From a virus, in the IMG/VR virus record IMGVR_UViG_3300036770_008028, positions 93,499 to 157,498 of that record: a stretch of 64,000 nucleotides of DNA. One strand, written 5' to 3'. The position numbers were made by a program, and so were the translations under genes. The notes beneath the pieces are model-generated. The model had not been told where the DNA came from, ran no database searches, and saw nothing but the letters and a program-made list of their open reading frames with translations. Positions 10,695-20,756 of the stretch are shown piece after piece. Position 1 is the stretch's first letter; the number at the start of each line of letters is the position of its first letter.

Positions 10695-12525
10695 GTTTGA
10701 CGTTTTTTATCTAGGAAAAAAGCCAGGATTGTTTGCCCACGAGCGCGAGGCAGATAGCATTGAGCATGCCATGAGCCTGAGTCGTACTCGATATTGCTGG
10801 GTCGTAAATTACTTAGCGGATTACACTGGTTGGGATTTCCTTTGGGAACCCCCTCCCTGGCAGGCTCATCAGCGTCATGCCTGGGCGAGCCAATGGCAGC
10901 GAGATTCGGGAACTTATCTCGTGCCCCAATCTGGGTATATTGACACTAATTATCATGATCGTCCCCAGATCACTATGACAGCCGACATGGATCTCTGGCA
11001 GAACATCGACAGTGTGGCAGAGTTTGATTTTTCCTGGCATCCAGATTACACAGATCCAGTATTCAATTACGAATTTGGTACTCAATGGCAAAAAACTGGG
11101 GGTCCTCGATATCCCATGCCAGGCGCAGCGGAGACCAAATACGTGAGCCAAAGTGGCAGCACAGTACGAGCCGTGGCACAGCATGTCTATGTGATCGATC
11201 ACATGGACGCACATGCACAGATCACAGCGGGCGAAGTTCCGATGACCGTGGTCAAGACTGTGAGATTTTTTGACAACTACAAGGATACATTGACTAGACT
11301 AGCCAATTCTGTGCCTGCGGATCAAGAATTCATCTGGATCGTGAGCAGTGTGTGTGATTATCAAGATTTTGATTTCACTTGGCATCCAGAAGCCTGGCAG
11401 AACCACATGTTGCATGTTTTTGCTTCCGGAGATCAAAAGTTCGGTGATACCTTTTTCATGCATGTTCCCACTTTCAGATCCAAGATCTCGGAGTTCGAAC
11501 TGCTGGATTGGTATGATCTCAATTTCGTTTCCGGTATCCGGGTACCTCGACGGCCAATGCCGGTAGTACTGCACAGCGGAGATTCTCAAGTCGATGCTGT
11601 GAGGACACAGGACTGGCCGGGCCCATTGGCATTGTTTACTGTCAAAGACTCGGTCAGTGATGCCATGACCACTGTTCCATTATGGAGAGAAAAGACTCGT
11701 ACCATAGTGCCTCTCAGCAATGGAGCCGGTTCAGTGATCGTGCCGAAATCAGCGGTGTCTTATATCAAGACTCAGTTATATGATTATCCATATATCGATC
11801 GTGATCATAGGATGTTGAAAGATGATCCATCGGATGTGGTTTTTATCAGCAATGGGGAATATGGCGCAGAGCATCATTGGGACGTTTTAAACCAGTCAGT
11901 TTCAAAACACAACAACAGAGTGTGCCGTGTCGATGGAGTAAATGGCAGGGTGGCTGCTTATCAGGCCGCGGCCAAAGCCAGCCACACTGATTGGTTTTTT
12001 GCTGTGTTTGCCAAACTACAGGTCAATGAAGACTTTGATTGGTCATGGCAGCCCGATCGTATGCAACAGGCCAAGCACTATATCTTCCATGCCTATAATC
12101 CTGTGAATCATCTCACCTACGGTCACCAGGCCATGATCGCCTACAATCGTAGATTGGTCTTGGACAACACCGGACACGGCCTGGACTTTACCCTAGATGA
12201 TGCACACGAAGTGGTGCCCGTGGTATCAGGAACCGCATACTATGACAACGATCCCTGGACCTGCTGGCGCACTGCTTTCCGAGAGTGTATCAAATTACGG
12301 CACAGTCTTCCAGATGTTGAAAATGACTATAGATTACAACAATGGTTATCGGTTGGGGAAGGTGCAAATGGACACTGGTCGACCACAGGTGCCAATGACG
12401 CTGTGAATTACTACGATTCAGTGGGAGGCGATTTTGACCAACTCCGAAAGAGTTATGAATGGGCATGGTTGGCTTCATATGCCATGATGCTTCATCCCGA
12501 ACTGGTCACGCAGTCTCGTACCTGA
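10693..12525 (+). CDS. Multi-domain glycosyltransferase-like protein
   Basis: Internally repeated FDFSWHP-like modules; C-terminal DVVFIS..E and WRTAFRECIKL blocks. Confidence 0.5.
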   Translation: MFDVFYLGKKPGLFAHEREADSIEHAMSLSRTRYCWVVNYLADYTGWDFLWEPPPWQAHQRHAWASQWQRDSGTYLVPQSGYIDTNYHDRPQITMTADMDLWQNIDSVAEFDFSWHPDYTDPVFNYEFGTQWQKTGGPRYPMPGAAETKYVSQSGSTVRAVAQHVYVIDHMDAHAQITAGEVPMTVVKTVRFFDNYKDTLTRLANSVPADQEFIWIVSSVCDYQDFDFTWHPEAWQNHMLHVFASGDQKFGDTFFMHVPTFRSKISEFELLDWYDLNFVSGIRVPRRPMPVVLHSGDSQVDAVRTQDWPGPLALFTVKDSVSDAMTTVPLWREKTRTIVPLSNGAGSVIVPKSAVSYIKTQLYDYPYIDRDHRMLKDDPSDVVFISNGEYGAEHHWDVLNQSVSKHNNRVCRVDGVNGRVAAYQAAAKASHTDWFFAVFAKLQVNEDFDWSWQPDRMQQAKHYIFHAYNPVNHLTYGHQAMIAYNRRLVLDNTGHGLDFTLDDAHEVVPVVSGTAYYDNDPWTCWRTAFRECIKLRHSLPDVENDYRLQQWLSVGEGANGHWSTTGANDAVNYYDSVGGDFDQLRKSYEWAWLASYAMMLHPELVTQSRT

Positions 12526-13598
12526 TCCGCGATGTACTCCACTTGCAGATCCGTAAGTTCGGGATAGATAGGTAGGCTCAACACTCTACGACACAACGCA
12601 GATGCTGAACTAAGGAATGAAGGTCCTGGCCATTGCCGATAGATGTCGATCTCGTGCAAAGGCTGGGCGTAATGTACCTTGGTCTCGATGCCACGTATAG
12701 CGAGATTTTTTTGTAGGATATCACGACCTTCTACATCGATCACGAATTTATGGAATGAATGATCATGCCAATTCTCGCGTGTGGTCAGACAGCGCACAGC
12801 ACTTGCTCCTAATTTATCCATCCAAAACTGGGCTATCTCGGCCCTGCGTTTCTGCCAATCATCAAGATAACGAGTCTTTACCAAAAGTCCTGCACAGTCG
12901 ATTTCACTCATGCGGCTATTGGTTCCAACATCATGATGGTTGGGCTTGCCGTTGTTACGCCGTGACTGTGCGTAGCGATAAAGATCGGGATCATTGGTCA
13001 CAACAGCACCACCGTTGCCGTAGGCAGCCAGATTTTTCATGGGATCAAAACTGATAGCGGCAGCCTGACCGATGCGCACAGCGCCGCCAGCCAGCCAGTG
13101 TTGAGCAGCATCTTCTATTACAAGACCATCATGGAGCACTGTATGGCGCCATATTTTGGTATCCCCGATGTGCGTGATTGATGCTCCGTAGAGACCCACC
13201 AACACCATGGCCTGATAGCTCACGTCCGGTATTGATCGCATGTCAAAGATGCCCGAGGCATCTACATCAACAAAATGAACGTCCCACCCTGCACGCATGA
13301 ATGCATTGGCAGTGGCCACATAGGTCACAGCCGGTATCAGCACAGTGGGAGGATTGGGTGCGCTATTCCGAGTGGCATAGTAGGTGGCAATGATTTCCAA
13401 AGCCTGTGTACCAGAATGGCAGGTCACTGCATATTTGCTGCCATTGCGTCGTGCCAGCCAGTTTTCGAACTCTGCTGTGAAATTGCCATCCATAAGATTG
13501 CCCGATCTCAGCACCTCATCTGTGGCATCTAGGATCTCAGATCTGAGATTGCTATACTGTTTTTGGAGCCCAGTAAACGGAATCTTTAAACCAAGCAT
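12492..13598 (-). CDS. DegT/DnrJ/EryC1/StrS PLP-dependent sugar aminotransferase
   Basis: SGTQAL, EDAAQ, SFDPMKNL..YGNGG, GTNSRM and LSLPIYPEL motifs. Confidence 0.93.
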   Translation of the reverse strand: MLGLKIPFTGLQKQYSNLRSEILDATDEVLRSGNLMDGNFTAEFENWLARRNGSKYAVTCHSGTQALEIIATYYATRNSAPNPPTVLIPAVTYVATANAFMRAGWDVHFVDVDASGIFDMRSIPDVSYQAMVLVGLYGASITHIGDTKIWRHTVLHDGLVIEDAAQHWLAGGAVRIGQAAAISFDPMKNLAAYGNGGAVVTNDPDLYRYAQSRRNNGKPNHHDVGTNSRMSEIDCAGLLVKTRYLDDWQKRRAEIAQFWMDKLGASAVRCLTTRENWHDHSFHKFVIDVEGRDILQKNLAIRGIETKVHYAQPLHEIDIYRQWPGPSFLSSASALCRRVLSLPIYPELTDLQVEYIADQVRDCVTSSG

Positions 13599-14538
13599 GA
13601 TATCTCTGGAATCCTTCTTCAATGTCCACCTTGGGGTCAAAGCCAAAATCCCTGCGAGCCCGATCGATGTTCAGAGCGCCGCGGCTGGGGAAATCCGCGT
13701 CTTTGTCACGTACTTCTACGGTGCCACGGCCTGCTATCTTCACAGCAAGATTGGCTGCATCCAGCAGGCTCCATGAATGGCTTTTGGTTATGTTATAGGT
13801 TTGATTTCTCACTGTGGGACTCACGGCAGCAGCCACGATACCATCAGCGGCATCTTCTACATAGGTAAAATCCAAGGTCTCAGAGGCACCATTGACTTTG
13901 AGTGTTCCGCCGCGCATGGCAGTGAGCAAGAATTTAGAGATCACTCGATCTTCTACATCAAGTTCACCATATACCGCACTGGGACGGATGATCACATGAT
14001 CGAACAGACCGCGCCGTGTGTAATCGCGCACCAACCATTCTCCGGCCAATTTCATGATACCGTACTGTCCTTGTGGCCGGCATTCAGCATCTTCTCGCAC
14101 ATCGTCAGTGAAGTCACCATAGACCATACTGGACGAGATATAGATGAATCGACTTACATGGTGTTTTTTAGATTCTTCTAAGAGATTCAACAGACCTTCA
14201 CTCATGGCGCGGCTGCCAATCATGGGATTCACGTTGACCACTTTCTGTCTAGGAAAACTGGCCATGTGTATCACCATATCGGGCCGATATTGGCGCATCA
14301 TCCAATTGATACCGTCATTGTCAGCGATATCGATCTTGTGCGTTTGCAGTCCGACCTCTGGGATCTTCTTGCGCCGTTCGGCCATGAGATAGTCTAATTC
14401 ATCTTGGGGGACCAAACCGTAGTTTGTGCGTGTGTCGGCGATCGAGACATCGTGCCCTAGGTCCAACAATCTACGCACTACATTGTGTCCAATAAGACCC
14501 AGCCCACCGGTGACTAGGATTTTTCTTTTTATTTCCAT
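13552..14538 (-). CDS. NAD-dependent nucleotide-sugar epimerase/dehydratase
   Basis: VTGGLGLIG, SSSMVYG, YGIMK (YxxxK) and DFTYVED motifs. Confidence 0.93.
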   Translation of the reverse strand: MEIKRKILVTGGLGLIGHNVVRRLLDLGHDVSIADTRTNYGLVPQDELDYLMAERRKKIPEVGLQTHKIDIADNDGINWMMRQYRPDMVIHMASFPRQKVVNVNPMIGSRAMSEGLLNLLEESKKHHVSRFIYISSSMVYGDFTDDVREDAECRPQGQYGIMKLAGEWLVRDYTRRGLFDHVIIRPSAVYGELDVEDRVISKFLLTAMRGGTLKVNGASETLDFTYVEDAADGIVAAAVSPTVRNQTYNITKSHSWSLLDAANLAVKIAGRGTVEVRDKDADFPSRGALNIDRARRDFGFDPKVDIEEGFQRYHAWFKDSVYWAPKTV

Positions 14539-14765
14539 TTTAAAAAATACTCCGTGGCTTGTTTTTCTTCCAACGATCCTCTTATGGTGATTTTGTGACC
14601 GAACGTGCTAGGATCTGCAGATGTGTGGTACGCTAAGTCTCGGGCATTTTCCATCACCCACTTGCCCTTTTCAGTCTGTTGCCATTGATAGATTGGTTCG
14701 GCCACATAGACATCAACATCGTCAACATCGCCCATGATAAAAGAGTGGAAAGTTATGCTGATCAC
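14529..14765 (-). CDS. Hypothetical phage protein
   Basis: 78-aa ORF in the operon ending in FLKWK, like other small ORFs here. Confidence 0.6.
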   Translation of the reverse strand: MISITFHSFIMGDVDDVDVYVAEPIYQWQQTEKGKWVMENARDLAYHTSADPSTFGHKITIRGSLEEKQATEYFLKWK

Positions 14766-14783
14766 TGTGACATTATAACAGGG

Positions 14784-15476
14784 CTAGGCTGATTGATCTA
14801 CGAAGTCTGACGACATTGGAAAGATTTTTGCGATCACTTCAGCACAGGCCCTGGCCACAGCCTGATGCTCTCGTTGTGTACCGTTGGCACTCCTGAGCTC
14901 GATGAAATGCACCCATGATCGCAAGGTACCGTTCATGTATAGCCGGCTTTCGGTAAGACCCTCGGGCAACACAGCACGGGCCTGCTCTTTGGCTATGCCA
15001 TTACTGATAGCCCAGATGTAGGCATATCGTGCTGATCGTATGACTTGATCTTGCTTTTCCTGCCAAAGTCGTGCGAGTTCTCGATCATCTGGATCGCTGA
15101 GGTTGAGTTCTGTGGAGTTCTGTCTGTTTTTTGTATCTTGCAGTCGTGCATCTCTACGAACAAACGCGAGATCTTCAACAGGGTTAGCATATCGCTGGCT
15201 GAACTCTTGAAATGAGAATGATCGGTGTCTGAGGATCTGTCGGGCGATGTCTCGGGTGGTTCGGATTTCAAGACAAGCTGACACCATTTCGAGTGGCGAC
15301 CAGTGTTGGTGCCGGACCAAGTATCGGATGAGTGTCTCGGACGTCTCTGTGTTGAATTGATTGGCGGGATTGGACACACGGGCGCAATACGCGATGAGTT
15401 CTTGCGCATCCGAGATGCCCAGATCTCGGAATTCGCCTGTGGGTTGACTGTGGGATACCAAGCGAACATGCATCAC
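14784..15476 (-). CDS. thyX: FAD-dependent thymidylate synthase
   Basis: Signature RHRSFSFQEFSQRY; HWSPLE; EQARAVLP. Confidence 0.97.
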   Translation of the reverse strand: MMHVRLVSHSQPTGEFRDLGISDAQELIAYCARVSNPANQFNTETSETLIRYLVRHQHWSPLEMVSACLEIRTTRDIARQILRHRSFSFQEFSQRYANPVEDLAFVRRDARLQDTKNRQNSTELNLSDPDDRELARLWQEKQDQVIRSARYAYIWAISNGIAKEQARAVLPEGLTESRLYMNGTLRSWVHFIELRSANGTQREHQAVARACAEVIAKIFPMSSDFVDQSA

Positions 15477-15775
15477 ATACCCTTCAAAAGTTTGTCTGTT
15501 TCGGGCTGGATAATGCCAGCCACTGCCTCTACATCCAGCACCAATTCCATGCTCACGATTTCTTCTTCATTGTTGTTGATGAAGTTGGTGACGGCCTGTT
15601 CTATGGATTCGTCGTCAATGCCCTGCTTTCGCAGGGTACGCAAATTGATAGATTTTTGTCTCCGATCGCGTGTTTTAAAGACTACTTTTTTAACGCACGA
15701 GATGGGACAGTGATCTTTTTCTACGTCATTGACGATGCGTTCCCATTTGTCTAAAAAGTCGCTATCAAGCCGCAT
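15473..15775 (-). CDS. Hypothetical protein
   Basis: Coupled 100-aa ORF. Confidence 0.7.
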   Translation of the reverse strand: MRLDSDFLDKWERIVNDVEKDHCPISCVKKVVFKTRDRRQKSINLRTLRKQGIDDESIEQAVTNFINNNEEEIVSMELVLDVEAVAGIIQPETDKLLKGM

Positions 15776-16454
15776 CAGCAGTCTTGGCCTTCTTGGGGCG
15801 GCCTGCTTTGCCGGTAGTTACTTTCTCTGGCACAGCGCCAGACATAGCAGAAGCTTCTTTCATCAAGCGTTGGCTTTCTGCCAGGAGTCCCTGTGCTTCT
15901 CTATGCATGCGTTCTGCTTGTTGGCGGAAGTTTTCGGCCAAGGACATGTCATCCAGCGCACGAGCCGCATCACTGCCGGCCACTGCCGCACCACGAGTAT
16001 TCTCCGCAGGAGCACCCACTTCACGCCCAAAATCATCGCGAGGTTTCACTTTGCCTGTCATACCACGATTGGCATCAAGATCTGCCAGGCGCTTCACGGC
16101 ATCTTCGCCCATCTTCATTTCGCGGATGATAGAATTCATTTCTTCGAGATTGACATGACTAGTTGCATTGGGAGTGACCACTACCTGCTTGGTCTGCACT
16201 TTTTTGATCATGCCTTCGCTGTGTAAGGTCTGCAGGATGGGTCTACCATCGGGCAACAGACTGCGGAATAGGGCATCTCCGAGATTTTCTGCGGTTTGCC
16301 CTACATCTGACTCGATCACTTTCATGATGCTGTCATGCATACTGACCGGAAGGGTTTCGGGATAGATAACCAGGCACATGTGTTCCTCGCCCGGCACTTC
16401 TCTGAATACGATGGCGACCTTGCGATCTCCGTGTTTACCGATGTGTTTGATCAT
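15765..16454 (-). CDS. Hypothetical protein with C-terminal coiled coil and GRP (AT-hook-like) tail
   Basis: AGGAG Shine-Dalgarno; tail KAGRPKK. Confidence 0.7.
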   Translation of the reverse strand: MIKHIGKHGDRKVAIVFREVPGEEHMCLVIYPETLPVSMHDSIMKVIESDVGQTAENLGDALFRSLLPDGRPILQTLHSEGMIKKVQTKQVVVTPNATSHVNLEEMNSIIREMKMGEDAVKRLADLDANRGMTGKVKPRDDFGREVGAPAENTRGAAVAGSDAARALDDMSLAENFRQQAERMHREAQGLLAESQRLMKEASAMSGAVPEKVTTGKAGRPKKAKTADAA

Positions 16455-16654
16455 TTTACTTCTCCTTGTGTATTTGCGTTGGCTTCGGCCTCGGCGACTA
16501 CTGCGGTCAAAAATGCAGTTAATTTTTCGTAGGTTTCGCCCACGGTTTTCATCTCCGACGCCCGGAATGCACCACGTTCGCAGGCCAGATCGATGATGTT
16601 CTTGATCACGGCAAGATCGGTGATTGACAGTGGGGTCAAGGTTTGATTTTCCAT
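16451..16654 (-). CDS. Small conserved-type phage protein
   Basis: IIDLACERGAFRASEM motif; TAAATA motif just upstream. Confidence 0.65.
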   Translation of the reverse strand: MENQTLTPLSITDLAVIKNIIDLACERGAFRASEMKTVGETYEKLTAFLTAVVAEAEANANTQGEVK

Positions 16655-16723
16655 GCTGATATTTACGTCATAAAAAAACCCTACTAACGGAAATCAGCAG
16701 GGTTTTGGGGGATTTTGGATGAA

Positions 16724-18013
16724 TCAGTCTTGATCGTCTCCGTACTCTGCCCACACACCAAATGGTGGGCTTGGGTTTTTGTTACCATGTATGATCCATA
16801 CTGTATCGCAATAATTCTCATCGCCCCAGGATCCAAATGGGTACCCATCTGTGAACACCACCAATTTCCGAGGTTCGATCTCTTCGGCTTTCATGAAGTT
16901 GAAGATCGCTTCGAAATCAGTACCACCACCGCCTTGCACGTCGTACTCTCCGATGTCTTCGAGATTGTCCGACGTGTAAACCTGGGGATTGTAGCACTGG
17001 GTATCGAAAGTAAACACATGGATACGATAGGAATCAAAACTCTCCATGATACCTTGTATCTCGCTCAAGAAGTCTCGCGCCTGCTTGTCCGAAATGGATC
17101 CGGAAGTATCGATGGCCACAGCGATGTCGATGGCATCGGTGGTCTTCATGCCTGGCATCACTGCATCTACGTGCCAACCTTTGCGACTTGAACGCAACCA
17201 GGTAAAGTCAGACTTGATGGTGCTCTCCAGTTGCATGCGGAGCAGTTCACGCCAGTTCATCTTGGGTTCAGTGAGTTGCTGGATCAGACGCTTTACACCT
17301 AGGGGCAAGTTACCGGCGTCGCAGGTCTGTGCGGCACTGAGCATGGCTTCTTTGATCTCGTCTTTGATCTTGTCACGCTCTTCCTGACTTAACTTGGGTC
17401 GACCCTTGCCTTCTTTTCCATCTTGGCCGGAACCTCCACTTTCGCCTTCGCCGTCCAAGTGCTCGTCAATCACACGATCCAGTAGATCATTGATGGAGAT
17501 TTTTTCTGCATTCTCATACAGTTCGTCGTAAATCTCTTCGGAACTCTTGCCTTCGTATTTGGAATCGTAGAGACAGGGCACCGAAGTGATGAACTCGCCC
17601 ACGCGATGTTTTTTCAAGTCACCGTTGACACAGAAGTCATTGGCGATGTTCCAGAGCTGGGGATCACGATTGCCTCGGCGACCAAAATGATCATACACAC
17701 AATGGAGCACTTCATGCCCAAACAAGAATTCAATTTCTTTTGGCTTCAGCATCTTGATGAAGCGGCTGTTGTAATAGAAATTCCTACCATCCGTGGCAGC
17801 GGTGGCGCACCATTCATCGGCATTGACCAGTTTGAGCCGTGTGGCCAGATTGCCAAAAAACGAAGCACGGAGCAACATGCCCACACGGGCAGTGACCAGC
17901 AGTTCGCGTACCTCTCGATCCAGTTTGGGATCCATGGGACCGATGAGATTGGCAAAACGCTTGGCATCGTCCTTGTTGACAGTATCCGTGGCAGTGGCAT
18001 GTAAAACAGTCAT
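16724..18013 (-). CDS. Metallopeptidase-like (HExxH) plus VWA-domain protein (DUF2201-like), partner of the MoxR ATPase
   Basis: TAATDG, HEVLH, MIDAS DTSGS, GGGTDF and VFTDG motifs. Start moved to ATG 18013, which follows AAAGGAG and a promoter. Confidence 0.9.
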   Translation of the reverse strand: MTVLHATATDTVNKDDAKRFANLIGPMDPKLDREVRELLVTARVGMLLRASFFGNLATRLKLVNADEWCATAATDGRNFYYNSRFIKMLKPKEIEFLFGHEVLHCVYDHFGRRGNRDPQLWNIANDFCVNGDLKKHRVGEFITSVPCLYDSKYEGKSSEEIYDELYENAEKISINDLLDRVIDEHLDGEGESGGSGQDGKEGKGRPKLSQEERDKIKDEIKEAMLSAAQTCDAGNLPLGVKRLIQQLTEPKMNWRELLRMQLESTIKSDFTWLRSSRKGWHVDAVMPGMKTTDAIDIAVAIDTSGSISDKQARDFLSEIQGIMESFDSYRIHVFTFDTQCYNPQVYTSDNLEDIGEYDVQGGGGTDFEAIFNFMKAEEIEPRKLVVFTDGYPFGSWGDENYCDTVWIIHGNKNPSPPFGVWAEYGDDQD

Positions 18014-18038
18014 ATCGGCTCCTTTAAGCATTTCTACT

Positions 18039-18067
18039 ATTATATATGAATGGTATTTTTCGGTCAA
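18039..18067 (-). promoter_or_regulatory. Sigma70-like promoter
   Basis: TTGACC-17 nt-TATAAT. Confidence 0.8.
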
Positions 18068-18122
18068 CCTTGCAGCATGAGAAATTTTGCAGGCCATGAC
18101 ATGGTCATCAAATACATAAAGC

Positions 18123-19277
18123 ATGATCACAGTGGAAAATTTGTATTGGGTGTTATTTGAGCAGTTGCTCAAGCCAGTAGGGCTTGATTGTTTTTATTAC
18201 TACCCTTTTGGAACCCAAAACAATCTCAGCAGGACGAACGAGTTCATAGTTCCGAGGTGTTTTAAAGAGCAACATCATGTGCTGTTTCATTTTGATCAAG
18301 AGCCATTGTGGCAAAACAATCTGGGATATCTTTATGATAAATTGGGCTACGAAGCATGGTCTCAAAAACTGATGAGAGTGTTGGCCAACAGCGAACATTC
18401 GCAGATTAAAAAAGACATCTGTCGAGATCGTGGTCATCTGGATTGGTATTTTTTCTTCCATGGATTTGCGGCACTGGCATGGTACAATGACAGCCAGTTC
18501 ATCCTAGATCAAGAACCGATCTCCAAGGTATTTCTCTCATTGAATCATTTAATCAGAGATAAAAGATCGTATCGTATCGCCCTGCTGGCCAGACTGGCGC
18601 ACCGAAAGATACTGCATCATGGAGCCATCAGTTTTCATGCCACCAGGTCCGAAGTTGATCTAGAGGCTGCTCAAGAGCACAGCCTACTGACCGATAAAGA
18701 TAGGTCCATGCTGACAGATCTGCCCGATCTCCCCATGATATTGGATCCAGTTGAACCCAGCGGATCGATGAGCGCACAATTTGGTCATGCTGAATACAAA
18801 ATGTGGCAGAGTGCTTTTGTGCATTTGGTGAATGAAACGGTGTTTTATGAGCCCAAACTTCACCTAACAGAAAAAATCTTCAAACCCATAACCTGTCTAA
18901 GACCTTTTGTGTTGGCGGCTGCGCCCGGAAATTTGGCCTATCTTCGCAGTTATGGGTTTTTGACATTTTCTGACTGGATCGACGAGTCCTATGATCAGGA
19001 AACAGATCATGACAAACGACTCGACATGATCGCCGATGAATTGCAAAAACTCTGTTCACTGTCAATACCACAGTTGCAACGCATGTTGGATGATATGATG
19101 CCGATCTTGCAGCACAACAAGCAACATCTGTTTACAAATTTCCGACGCATCATAGTTAACGAACTGGTGGACAATTTTGACGCCTGTGTTCGGATCTGGA
19201 ACAATGGCCGGGTAGACGGCAGGCAGCGGCCTTGTATTCCCGATGTCGACTCGGTCAAACGATTGCTCCTGGCATAA
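18123..19277 (+). CDS. Glycosyltransferase-like protein (same ET..LTEK..PF family)
   Basis: LVNETVFY...HLTEKIFKPITCLRPF; the FFHGFAALAWY motif is shared with 9606-10694. Confidence 0.6.
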   Translation: MITVENLYWVLFEQLLKPVGLDCFYYYPFGTQNNLSRTNEFIVPRCFKEQHHVLFHFDQEPLWQNNLGYLYDKLGYEAWSQKLMRVLANSEHSQIKKDICRDRGHLDWYFFFHGFAALAWYNDSQFILDQEPISKVFLSLNHLIRDKRSYRIALLARLAHRKILHHGAISFHATRSEVDLEAAQEHSLLTDKDRSMLTDLPDLPMILDPVEPSGSMSAQFGHAEYKMWQSAFVHLVNETVFYEPKLHLTEKIFKPITCLRPFVLAAAPGNLAYLRSYGFLTFSDWIDESYDQETDHDKRLDMIADELQKLCSLSIPQLQRMLDDMMPILQHNKQHLFTNFRRIIVNELVDNFDACVRIWNNGRVDGRQRPCIPDVDSVKRLLLA

Positions 19278-19517
19278 TTATCTTTGATATTTGAGACCAA
19301 AAATCATGGCATCATGTGGGTCGCGGAAATGGAAATCAATGATCCAGACGTTGCCTTGGGTATCCGGCGTCGATGCTGTGACGAATTGCCATCTTCGGTT
19401 CTTTCCGGGATAACCAAAATCTGATGCGACTTTTGCAAGTAAATCTTTTACTTCGCCGTGGCTGTATGGTCTGAACTCGATACGCACCACAGATGTAGGG
19501 AGGGCAGGATCCGACAT
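19278..19517 (-). CDS. Hypothetical phage protein
   Basis: Ends F.F...DA..F.LKY, a pattern also seen at 45907-46131. Confidence 0.6.
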   Translation of the reverse strand: MSDPALPTSVVRIEFRPYSHGEVKDLLAKVASDFGYPGKNRRWQFVTASTPDTQGNVWIIDFHFRDPHDAMIFGLKYQR

Positions 19518-19560
19518 AGCCCTATGTCCGCTTGCGCGATGGACCCTGCCCTATTGACAC

Positions 19561-20652
19561 TTACGAGTTGGCCTGCAGGATGTACTTGCCGTAACGCTGA
19601 TGGAACTCGTCAAAATTCTTGAGCTTGGTGGGCTGGAATGGCAGGTTGTAGGTTGTGAGCGCGATGCGAGCACCCATCACCACCAGCTCGGTCTCGAAGT
19701 TCTTCATCATGTAGCCGAAGAAATTATCCGCCATGGCATGGAACTCTTTGTCTGTGACCTTGCGGACCTCCAAGGCATCTTTGAGTTCATAGCACAATGA
19801 AATCACCAGGCTGTACATGGCCGAAACTTCTTTGACCTGCAGTTCTTTTTCTTTGCCCGACAGAATGTCTTCTGGCTGTGGCAGTTTGCCGGAGATCTTG
19901 CGATGTGCCTGGAATTTCACTGCCAAGCCCTCGCCCACTGTACCAGCGATCAAGTCAGTGGCCGAAGCATCATCGAGGTCCTCGTCCTCTAGCAGTTCGC
20001 TCACAAAGGTCCATGAACGTGGTGTAGCGAATGCACGGCTGGACGATTTAGCATCGAAGTCGTAGAGGTCCTGCTTGGCGAAACTCAAGTATCCGACCAC
20101 GTCTTTGTGGATGCCGTTGAGCACAGCCCACTCTTGCCAGACTGCAAAGTCAGGACGCATCTCCACATGGACGAAACGATTGGCCAAGGGCGTGGGCATG
20201 CGATAGGTAACACCCTTGTCAGATTCACGGTTGCCCGCGGCGATCATCACAACATTGTCGGGCATGCGGTATTTGCCGATGCGTCGGTTCAGCACCAACT
20301 GATAGGCCGCGGCCTGTACCGCAGGTGCCGCCGAGTTCATCTCGTCCATGAACAACACCACCACAGGATACTGGCTGGCCAGTTCATCGTCGGGCAAGTC
20401 GATGGGCGGCGCCCAGTCCATCTTGCCTAACTCTTTGTTGAAGAACGGAATACCACGGATGTCGGTTGGGTCCATCTGTCCCAGGCGCAGATCGATCATG
20501 AAGCCGCCCAGTTCCTGGGTGATATCGGCCACTACCTCGCTCTTGCCGATACCGGGAGGCCCCCACAGGAACATGGGTCGTTTTTTGTTGAAACACTTTT
20601 TGATTGCTCGGCGGGCACCAATCGCAGTAACGGTGCGGGTTTCTACGGACAC
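19561..20652 (-). CDS. MoxR-like AAA+ ATPase
   Basis: GPPGIGKS, LFMDE, AAGN, PLANRF and TPRSW motifs. GTG start follows GAAAGGA. Confidence 0.93.
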   Translation of the reverse strand: MSVETRTVTAIGARRAIKKCFNKKRPMFLWGPPGIGKSEVVADITQELGGFMIDLRLGQMDPTDIRGIPFFNKELGKMDWAPPIDLPDDELASQYPVVVLFMDEMNSAAPAVQAAAYQLVLNRRIGKYRMPDNVVMIAAGNRESDKGVTYRMPTPLANRFVHVEMRPDFAVWQEWAVLNGIHKDVVGYLSFAKQDLYDFDAKSSSRAFATPRSWTFVSELLEDEDLDDASATDLIAGTVGEGLAVKFQAHRKISGKLPQPEDILSGKEKELQVKEVSAMYSLVISLCYELKDALEVRKVTDKEFHAMADNFFGYMMKNFETELVVMGARIALTTYNLPFQPTKLKNFDEFHQRYGKYILQANS

Positions 20653-20690
20653 AGGGCTTTTCCTTTCGATCGTTGACTTACTGTACAATC

Positions 20691-20719
20691 ATTGTACGAT
20701 ATAACAATTTAGTGGTCAA
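20691..20719 (-). promoter_or_regulatory. Sigma70-like promoter
   Basis: TTGACC-17 nt-TACAAT. Confidence 0.75.
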
Positions 20720-20756
20720 GTCTAGCGATATCGAGAGGTTAGTAGGTGCTTACCTA

